Source: Zygnema circumcarinatum SAG 698-1b (Eukaryota > Plantae > Zygnematophyceae). Taken from it: 64,000 bases of DNA. Of the stretch, positions 54,953 to 64,000 are shown one piece after another. Where the stretch lies: assembly GCA_037447605.1 (NCBI GenBank), contig CM074810.1:3382880-3446879 (forward strand), read 5' to 3'. The notes beneath the pieces were generated by a model. The model saw only the letters and a program-made list of their open reading frames with translations. It did not search any database and had not been told where the DNA came from. The translations under genes were made by a program, and so were the position numbers. Each line of letters begins with the position of its first letter. The first letter of the stretch is position 1.

Positions 54953-57900
54953 ATGGCTTCCGCGGAGGTGTGCGCGTGCGGGTCGTGGGAGTTCGAGGAG
55001 GACCCGGAGACGGGCTCGCAGCGCTGCCTGCTCTGCAGCACGCTCTCGCAGCGCCACGTGGCGCTGGGGGAGGAGGATGGGTTGCAGCACAATTATGGCG
55101 GGGGGAGGGCCATTGGGAGGCTGGCGGGGAGAGGGAGAGAGGGGGGGAGGGAGATGGGGGGGCGGGAGGAGCTCTCGGCAGAGGAGGAGGTAAAACCCTA
55201 ATACCTAAACCCTAATACCTAAACCTAATACCTAAACCCTAATACCTAAACACTAATACCTAAACCCTAATACCTAAACCCTAATACCTAAACCCTAATA
55301 CCTAAATCCTAATACCTAAACCCTAAAGTGAAACCTCTGAAAGTTTCACACTTGAAAGGTTTCAAAACCCTAAGAAATTTGAAACTCTTCAAGATCCAGA
55401 AATCATTTTGGTGAACCTCGAAACGCTGACAGAAATTTTCATTCGTGAAGTTTGCAGGCTCATCGCCTGGCACGAATTTACTGCCGCGGTTTGCAGGCCA
55501 TCCTCCTCTCTCAGTGTGATGCGCTCGTTGCAGGCGCCGGCGTGCATCACTTCGCCGCCAACATCATCACAAGGCTATGGATGATGTTGGTGAAGTCGAG
55601 CCGCATTTTTGCGAAGGACTGGGGGTTGGAAATTCTCAAGAAATCCGACGAAGATGTCGAAAAAACTAGAAGGAGATTGCGGAGCATTATGGGGAAGAGT
55701 GAGGAGGCTAAGCTGTGGAAAGAGTATTGCGAAAGGAGAGGGCTGCGGCCGGAGGAGGAGGAGGATGAAGAGGGAGGAGATGCAACGGCGAATTCTGGGG
55801 AGTATAAGACCAAAAGGGGAGTTGCTGGATGCTTCGTGTGGTTGGCGGAGATTCATAGGTGAGTGAATGGCTTCAAATTCTAAGTTATTAAGAGTTCAAA
55901 TTCCACGTTATCAAGAGTTCAAATTCCAAGTTATTAAGAGTTTTTGAGAAGTTCAGGTCGTAGAGCTTATCCCTCCTATTTTTAGTCAAAAACTACTAGA
56001 ACACAATATTTATAGGCACAGTTAGAACTCCCACTTTTTGGGCTGGTTCGAATAAGGTATTAAAATTGATGAATAGAAAACATTGCTCCTCATTAACTTT
56101 TCCACTTCTCAGTAGCGTAGAGCAATTTGTACGGTTCCCAAAATTATATTTTTATTTGAGCAACTCAAACCATTGGTAGGGTCCTTCAAGAAGGTGGAAG
56201 TTTCCGGGAAGCCCCACATACTGTCTGAATTCTGATCTCAACCCTAACTCTGAACCTAAACATGACAGTGACTCAACTATACTGTGACTTTAACCCTAAC
56301 TCTTATCCTAACCTTATCCCCATTGATCTCTTTCCATCCCTGACCCTAACCTAACGTTGAAGCAACCCTTAATACTTATCTAATTCCAACCCTAACTCTA
56401 AACCTAAACTTGACTCTAACCAAACTGTAACCCTAACCCTAACCCTAACCCTAACCTTAACCCTAACTAACCCTAACCCTAACCCTAACCCTAACCCTAA
56501 CCCTAACCCTAACCCTAACCCTAACCCAAACCCTAACCCTAACCCTAACCCTAACCCTAACCTTTGACTTTAACCCTACCTCAATCCTCTGACTTTAAGC
56601 CTGACCCTACCGGACTTTCACCCGAACGCTAACCTCTGACTTAAACCCTAACCCCTCCAACCCTAACTCTAAACCTAAACTTGACTCTAACCAAACTGTA
56701 ACCCTAACCCTAACCCTAACCCTAACCCTAACCCTAACCCTAACCCTAACCCTAACCCTAACCCTAACCCTAACCCTAACCCTAACCCAAACCCTAACCC
56801 TAACCCTAACCCTAACCCTAACCTTTGACTTTAACCCTACCTCAATCCTCTGACTTTAAGCCTGACCCTACCGGACTTTCACCCGAACGCTAACCTCTGA
56901 CTTAAACCCTAACCCCTCCAACCCTAACTCTAAACCTAAACTTGACTCTAACCAAACTGTAACCCTAACCCTAACCCTAACCCTAACCCTAACCTTAACC
57001 CTAACCCTAACCCTAACCCTAACCCTAACCCTAACCTTAACCTTAACCCAAACCCTAACCCTAACCCTAACCCTAACCCTAACCTTTGACTTTAACCCTA
57101 CCTCAATCCTCTGACTTTAAGCCTGACCCTACCGGACTTTCACCCTAACCCTAACCTCTGACTTAAACCCTAACCCCGACGCTCCCCTGATGTGAATCTT
57201 AACCCTAATTCTAACCCTGCAACTCTCACTTCAATCCCAACCTCAACCTTAACCATAACCTTAATCCCAACTTCAACCTTAACCATAACCCTAAGTTCAA
57301 CCCTGTTATTAAAAAATCATTTTCTTACAGGCGTCTGCCCATCTCTGTAACGCTCTCTCTCTGCTTCCTGGGATGCCACGTGGCAAGGGAACCAATTCTG
57401 CCAACCGACATCTGCCAGATGGCAATCTCTGGGACACTCCCTTTTCTGGCAGCCTGGACAGACCTGCCCGAGGTAAAAAAAAGAAAGGGAATTACAAAAG
57501 AATTACTTTTTCGCCCCTCCTCATTTCCATTCGCAAAGCGTGTGGAATGGGAGGCAGCTGAATTGGCAAAAAGATTTGAACTGAAATTGCCGCCTGTCAA
57601 CTACTCTCTCATATCTTCGAGGTTTCTTAAAGTAAGTTTTAACTGTTTGACCTGCAAAAGTGCAGTCTGTTCCATGCATCATTTCTGATGAACAGTTGAG
57701 CAGAAAGAAACTGTGAAGTGGGTTATGCTGTTTTCTATTGATATAAGTACAGCTGCTATGAATCCGAAACCTGAAAACTTTATAAACTTTAAAAAGTGTG
57801 TATTGACATACTTCAGCTACACATGGCGTATTTCTGGGTTTATTTAAGCAGCAGTTGAATCTTCCGACAGAGCCATTTTTACACATTTTGCAACGTCAAT

Positions 57901-58384
57901 ATGAACTTGAAATTCCACAAAACCTTTGGATTTCAAATGCTCTTAAGGCAGCTCCGACTCGTCTTCGAGTAATGGCAGGACTCGTTGTTGTATTCAAGTT
58001 CCTATTTAGTCTTACTGGAAACTACACTCTCTCTGAGAGAGGAGAGGAAGGAGAGGGAGCGGGAGAGAGAAGTGGAGGAGAGGGAGGAGGAGACATAGGA
58101 GAAAAGGAAGGAGCAGGAGGAGCGGCGGTAGGAAGGAAGGAGAGAGGAGTGGGAGGAGGGAGTAGATTAGGGTTGGGTAGAGAGAGAGGAGTAGAAGAGG
58201 AAGGGGGGTTGAGAGGCAGTGGAGTTGCTGCTGAAGGGGAAGGAGAGGCTCTGCATAAAGGATCGGAGAAGGAGAGAGAGAGGGAGAGGGAGATAGGAGT
58301 GGAGAAGTTTCTGGACAGATTGAGGTTTCCAGGGGATCCTTTTTTCGGTCATTCCGGTACAACCTCAATCACTCTTTCTTACTC

Positions 58385-58424
<40 letters not shown>

Positions 58425-58434
58425 NNNNNNNNNN

Positions 58435-58477
<43 letters not shown>

Positions 58478-59794
58478 GCCCTCCCCTCCCCCCTTGGTTT
58501 CCACTTCAGAAATTTCAAAAGCCTTCATCAGGCCCCTATTTCTTCCTCTTACACCTACTCCCATATTTGACATGGAAATGATGTAATGATGTGATGACGT
58601 ATTGATGTGATGCAGACAATGGGCCGAATGGAGGGGCCAAAATTTCTTACAAAGAAATTTTGAGGGACTACCTTATTTATTGTAGAGAGGTTCTATATAA
58701 TGATGGGAATCTGGAAAGTTCAAGAGGCTATAGAAAGGATGTGTTGTGGAACATTTTCGATGAAGCAACCAAGCCGACTGGGAGGAGGGAGAGGGAGAGG
58801 GAGAGGGAGAGGGACGATGGGGGTGAGGAGGGTGGGAGTGAGAGACAGGAGGGTGGGTGGAGAAAGAGAAAGCGGAGGGCGGAGGATGAGGGTGGGGAGG
58901 GAGAGAGGGAGAGATATACTTCCGCACAAGAGCAGGAATGGGAGGGAGGGAAAAGAGGGAAAAGGAGAAGGGTGGTAGGAGAGCGGAGAGTGGGTGAATG
59001 GAGAGAAGAGAGTGATGAAAGAGAAGGTGAGGAAGAGAGAGAGGAAGAGAGATCGCGGGAGTGTGGGGTTGATATGGAGGGAGGATGTGAGGATGGTAGC
59101 GAGAGCAGTCAGAGTGTGGGAGGGAGAGAGGAGTGCAGTGTGAGAGATGAGGGAAGAGGGGCAGAGAGAGGGAGGGGCCGATCGCCATATTTTGGATGGA
59201 CGAGGACGAACCCGGTGAAAGCTCTCCGTGGGAGAGCGGCAATTGTACGGAAAATGAAGGCTTGCGGTTTTGAGTTGGCGAATCAGAGAGTGGAAAATGT
59301 AAGTGAAGGTCCCTAACCCTAAACCCCTAACCCTAACCCTAACCCTAACCCTAACCCTAACCCTAACCCTAACCCTAAACCTAGCCCTAACCCGAACCCT
59401 AAGCCTAACCCTAGCCCTAACCCTAACCCTAACCCTAACCCTAACCCTAACCCTAACCCTAACCCTAACCCTAACCCTAACCTAGCCCTAACCCTAAAAT
59501 CCTTGAAATCGTCAATGTCTCTCTTCGATTCCCTTTCAAACCATCTGTTATCGTCTTGTCCTTTCCCAGAAGGAGGGAGAGTACTTCGTATATGAGCCCG
59601 GCAGAGCGCGCCAATCAGTGCATGCCGACTATTTTGCGGTCCTGCATGCATGCGCGGCATGGGTCGATGTCACGCCCCTCTCCCTGCACAGGGCGGTGCA
59701 GGAGAGGGAGGGGGAACTGTGGAATTTAGAGAAGAAGTTGCAGAGGGCCAAGGAGAGCGCTGATGTGGGTGGAGAAAATGTAGCATTCGGATGA
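54953..59794 (+). CDS. TAF1B: TATA-binding protein-associated factor RNA polymerase I subunit B (Rrn7/TAF1B/MEE12-like)
   Basis: Exons 54953-55189 (zinc ribbon CACGS...RCLLC), 55458-55858 (LQAILLSQCDALV), 57331-57631 (SLCFLGCHVAREPILPTDI...LPFL; LPPVN), 57852-58356, 58616-59298 (LRDYLIYC), 59570-59794 (VHADYFAVLHACA...LEKKL). Confidence 0.88.
55195..55325 (+). repeat. 14-bp tandem repeat CCCTAATACCTAAA (dimer of telomere-like 7-mers), TAF1B intron 1
   Basis: About 9 copies, starting just after the donor at 55190. Confidence 0.9.
56230..57300 (+). repeat. (CCCTAA)n-based array containing a 3x higher-order repeat of ~261-271 bp, TAF1B intron 2
   Basis: The unique marker CCTAACTCTAAACCTAAACTTGACTCTAACCAAACTGT recurs at 56391, 56662 and 56923. 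Confidence 0.9.
59312..59496 (+). repeat. (CCCTAA)n array in the last TAF1B intron
   Basis: About 29 hexamers starting 13 nt after the donor AAT|GTAAGT (59299). Confidence 0.95.
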
Positions 59795-59985
59795 TGTAGC
59801 ATGCGGAGGTGATTAGCTTTATGATGATGTAGCATGCAGAGGTGATGTAGCATGCAGAGGTGATGTTGTAGCATTAGGATGATGTAACATGCAGAGGTGA
59901 TGTAGCATGCGGAGGTGATGTAGCATTAGGATGATGTAGCATGCGGAGGTGATGTAGCATTAGGATAAGAGATGTTGTAGCATAA
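59790..59985 (+). repeat. ~18-bp tandem repeat GATGTAGCATGCGGAGGT in the TAF1B 3' region
   Basis: About 10 degenerate copies starting at the stop codon. Confidence 0.85.
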
Positions 59986-60174
59986 AGGGATGAATATCAA
60001 GAGCAAAGAAGAAGTAGAAAGAAGAAGATGAAGAAGATGAAAGAAGAAGAAGAAGAAGATGGCGATGCCGCCCTCACCTTGCCTCCTTTTGTACAGGCTG
60101 TGCAGCAGCAGGATAGCCTCTCATTTTGACTTTCACAAAAAAAAAAAAAAAAAAAAAAACCGAGAATGTGTGAG

Positions 60175-60245
60175 CGGCTCCTCGTGGTTCCCCATGTTGC
60201 TTTTGGCCATGTCCATGGGATGGTATTGCCATCATGGGACCCATG
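60175..60245 (+). repeat. Diverged repeat family A fragment downstream of TAF1B
   Basis: CTCCTCGTGGTTCCCATGTTGCTTTTGGCCATGTCCATGGGATGGTATTGCCATC is similar to 19610-19670. Confidence 0.55.
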
Positions 60246-60554
60246 CTCCATGGTCTCCTTCCCTTGTTACCGTTCCGTATTTCCCCTGGCCGTACAGATT
60301 AACTGGTTCCATGCACTGTAACGGTTAGTTCAACAGTTCCTTGTGTGGAAATTCACGAAATTGAACAGCCGTTTCCTTGCGTGACTGATTCGCCATCGCT
60401 GTTCTAAGACAACTGTCGGCTCACATGTAAATTTCTGTTCCACAGTTTTGTGCTGTGCGCGTAATCTGGTTTTCGAATTCTGGCAAGTTTACCGTCAAAA
60501 ACCGGCTAGTTATAGCACAAACCAAGTTTTCAAATTTTTGTTTTAAAAAAAAAA

Positions 60555-61277
60555 GGAAAATGATACAGCCGCCCCACTTTTTGCATATCCGCGCCCCCTT
60601 TCGGGAAAAAACTGTACTTTCATGTTGGCTAATCACCAGGCCTCTTCAAATAGGGGAGATCCCCTAAATATCGTAAATAGCTTATTTATGTAAGATTTTG
60701 AGATTAGTTTACGTGATTTCAACTTAAATACCACACAAGCCCCAAAAAAGCATTTTTTTGGTTAAAAACAAAATGGAAATGAATTGCATTTGCAACCACG
60801 ATAGCAATGATGTAAATGAACTTTACTTGTTGGTATAACAACACGGCTTTAAAAACTGGTGCAACCTCTTCGACTCTTATAGATTGGTAAATTTTACCAA
60901 TCAATTAGAACAACTGTGCATTTGGCAATCACAACATCTAGTTGCTTATTCAAAAACCCAATTGCACTGAAACTNNNNNNNNNNTGGGGGACCGGAAGCA
61001 GGGATGTCCAATGGAAGACTGCCACGTGGCAACCTCTGACCCCCTGCTTCCGGTCCCCCATGCTCGCCGCATCTCGCGGGCCGCGCCGCGATGCGCGGCG
61101 CCGTACGTCGCTGCACGGTCGGATCCTGCGCGCGAGGCGCGGGGTCCGATTGTCTACGAGATCTCTCCTCCCGAAAGATCCAAGGGGAGGGGGGGCGTGA
61201 TTAGCCAACATGAAAGTACAAATTTTCCAGAAAGGGGGCGCGGATATCCAAAAAATGGGGCGGCTGTATCATTTTCC
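60555..61277. mobile_element. MITE-like element with ~80-bp inverted ends (family B); an N gap lies inside
   Basis: GGAAAATGATACAGCCGCCCCA...CATGTTGGCTAATCAC (60555-60636) is inversely repeated at 61197-61277. A weakly related AATGATACTGCACCCCC..TTGGATATCC occurs at 16540-16690. Confidence 0.6.
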
Positions 61278-61294
61278 AAAAAAAAAGACATATT

Positions 61295-61505
61295 TACACA
61301 CCTTTTCTGGCTCGATACACACCTTTTTAGTGGAAAAAAAACCCCTAAAAACCCTAAAAACTGACCGGCGAAAAAAGGTGTGTATCGAGCCAAAAGGTGT
61401 GTATCGTGCAAAAAGGTGTGTATATATCTCAAAAAGGTGTGAATATGTTCACAAAAGATGTGTATTTACCAAAAAAGTGTGTATCTTGCTCACAAAAGGT
61501 GTGTA
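61295..61505. repeat. Array of AAAAGGTGTGTAT motifs (2 inverted, then 7 direct copies)
   Basis: Inverted copies at 61295-61306 and 61314-61328; direct copies from 61371 to 61505 at ~19-22 bp spacing. Confidence 0.85.
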
Positions 61506-62061
61506 ATTAGCTACGCACGAAAGGGCTTCGTACGGTTAAAGATGTCCGTACAATGGAAGCTTCCAGGAATGCGTTTTCAAGGTAAGGCGGTTTTCTGGTT
61601 TTCAGGCGAACCGCCCTGAGGGCCCTTCGGACTATTCGGCCGGGCACCGGCCAATGAGAAGTCGTCACGTGTATAGGTGTGCATACGTGACGTGTTGGGA
61701 TTGGCTGGTGCTCGCCTATTAGTGAGCCGTTGACTATGGAGTACCGTTTGTACTTGAACAAGCCCTAACTTCTCCTTCTGATGTCAACTTCCTCTCTCTT
61801 CCCTTCCCTATCTCTCTCTCTCTCTGTGTGTCTCTCTCCTATTTCTGCATTGGCAGAGCCTGCGCCACGACAAGCGCCGCCTCCTCTTGAAACCCTAATT
61901 GAGTTCTGAGAGAGGATGTGCAATGGATGTGCAGTGCTGCTAGAGGCGAGGGCGAGCAGGATCTAATAAATATATGGTAAAGGATATGAGAGTGATGAGT
62001 AGCATGGCATTCTCCCTGCTTTCTGGCCCATGAGACGGCTGTAACAAGGGGAAATTCGAGG

Positions 62062-63516
62062 ATGAATGGGCATGCAAGTGAGGCGCCTCCTTCCAGATGG
62101 CAAGGTGACGTCAGCAATCTCTTACCTTCTTCCCATTCGCCATCACCATCGTCAGCCCGGCCCCCATCATCCTCTGCAGTGGCGACATCATCATCATCAC
62201 TTCCAGCATCACCCGTATTGGCACGAGGAACATCATCCTCAGTAGCAGCAGCAGCAGCAATCGCATCTGAAACTCCTTCTAAAGCATGGTTATCTCAAAA
62301 GCAAGGTTCAGAAGAACAGAAATCTGAGAATTTGCATAGAATACCCTCTCCAACTGCAGCATCTGCAGCACCTTCAGAAGATACTTTGCTGGATGAAGAT
62401 GGCAGAAGCCTCGGCTTTAGGGTTGGAGAAGGTGCCAAGATTAGGGTCGCAATTAAAGCTGAAGCTGGAGAGAATTCGCAGCAAAGCAACGGGTCTTCTT
62501 CAACCACAAATGTGGAAACCCTAAGTTCCGACTTTAGGGGAGAAGAAAAGGATGAAGAGCGGCTGAATGCGAGTGAAGAATTTGGAGCTCTGATGGATAA
62601 AGCGTACCAAAAGTTCGCTCGGCTCCGAGAGCTTCCGCCTTATGGGCGCAACAAGTGGGACCTTTACTATCACAAGGCGTTCCATGTGTATGCAAAATTG
62701 TGGAAATTTCAACAAGAGCGACGGCAAAAGCTCGTCGAGACAGGATTAAAGTGAGTAACGACTTATGAGAATTTGCTTTCGTTTTTTATTTCTTCATTTA
62801 TTTTTTGAATATGGAGTTCATGGTGCCGAGATGGCATGATTGTAGTCGTTGAAGTTTCATTCCGTGTCTCCAAGCAATTATTCGGTGAATATGGCTCGGT
62901 TGTTGTACTCTGCAGAGAGTAATAGAAGCTCTTGCAGAGTGTAGTTTTAGAACAGTAGTGGTCATCTATTTCCCTTCCTTCCCCTCCTTCCCTCCCTCTC
63001 CTCCCTTCCCTCCCTCCCCTCCCTCTCCTCCCTCTCCTCCCTCTCCTCCCTCTCCTCCCTCTCCTCCCTCTCCTTCCTCTCCTCCCTCTCCTCTCTCTCC
63101 TCCCTTCCCTCTCTCTCCTCCCTCTCCTCCCTCTCCTCCCTCTCTCCCTGCTTTCCCTCTCTCCTCTCCCTCCCTCCCTTCCTCCTGACACAAGGCTCCA
63201 TCGTCGTCTTTGCCCCTCTTACAGACGATGGGAAATCGGAGAAATTGCTTCCCGCATAGGGCAGCTCTACTACAACTATTACCTCCGGACAAGTGAAGCA
63301 ACTTTCCTTTTTGAAGCTCACATTTTCTACGAAGCCATCAACACTCGCGAATACTTTAAGGACAATGCAAGGTTGGAGCCGGCACTTGCCAATAAGCAGC
63401 TCCGATACTTAGCTCGTTTTGTAGTGGTTTGCCTTCTTCTTAATCGACGGGAAATGGTGAGAAAGCTGCTCAGGCAGCTTCGGATGCTTGTGGATGATTA
63501 CAGCCGCTATTACCAG
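62062..63516 (+). CDS. SCAI: SCAI-family protein (DUF3550), 3' part continues beyond the exons read
   Basis: Exon 62062-62750 ends KFARLRELPPYGR..YYHKAFHVYAKLWKFQQERRQKLVETGLK. Exon 63225-63516 reads RWEIGEIASRIGQLYYNYYLRTSE...FYEAI...KQLRYLARF. The start codon is uncertain and later exons were not resolved. Confidence 0.92.
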
Positions 63517-64000
63517 GTGAATTTTTTTTTCCCACAGTGAGAACAGGTTTTGGTTAAGCTGACTAAGTCACTCAGTTGGCAGTCAGGAAACCTTGGAAAA
63601 CGGTAGTAGTTATAGGAGGGAAGCATCTACAAGAGCAAGGATATGCTCAGTATGGCTTGCTATTATTCATTTACTTTAACTGGTCGCATACAATATTGGA
63701 CTAAATTTGCTATCTCCTTTCCCCCTAATGGTGAAGTGGAGACTCCATTTTGCTTGTTCCTTTCATTTAGAGATATATGTCTCACTCACTATATGTCAAC
63801 CATGGTTAGAAGGTACACTGTCGTCTGCTTTTCCACATTTTCCATTTGATGTTTCGAGGTTGCGTAAACACTTTTTCCCCTGCAATTGCGAAATTTAAGA
63901 AGTTTTTTCTTTATGCAGTATTTGCATCTTCCACGTTAAAAGGTAGCAAAAATTGTTGTCCTCACCTTCATCCCCTTTCTTTCGTTCTCGAAAAGCTTGT

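Noticed and set aside
59299-59316. TAF1B ORF apparently terminated by the first telomeric TAA
   Set aside because: AAT|GTAAGT at 59298/59299 is a consensus donor, and an in-frame exon at 59570-59794 encodes the conserved HADY C-terminus, so the array is intronic.

Overview
Eukaryotic nuclear DNA from a streptophyte. It is probably a charophyte green alga, and the LRR+EGF receptor modules suggest Zygnematophyceae; this is inference from gene content only. Splicing exons by hand gives nine intron-rich protein-coding genes: ZTL/FKF1-type LOV-F-box photoreceptor (-, runs off the left edge), TYW3-Kelch-TYW2 wybutosine fusion (+), a secreted LRR-EGF protein (-), ERD15 (+), TT9/GFS9/CLEC16A (+), a receptor-like kinase with an LRR-EGF-PAN/Apple ectodomain (-), a plastid UbiE-like methyltransferase (+), TAF1B/Rrn7 (+) and SCAI (+, runs off the right edge). 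Introns are filled with GA/CT tracts and telomere-like arrays with 6-, 7-, 9- and 14-nt periods; most long ORFs in the supplied track are artefacts of these tracts. Intergenic and promoter DNA holds several foldback/MITE-like elements, a dispersed ~100-200 bp repeat family (two copies form a 228-nt hairpin), a 42-bp-phased palindrome array with a tRNA-like A/B-box relic, and clusters of CCGTAC. The strongest candidate for a new system is the LRR-EGF-PAN kinase, which has a ~70-aa repeat insertion in its activation segment and an APE Glu->Arg change, together with the nearby soluble LRR-EGF protein. No transposase, reverse transcriptase, rRNA or CRISPR was seen. Several 10-N gaps lie in low-complexity tracts, so tract lengths there are uncertain. 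Domain calls come from motif recognition, not database searches.
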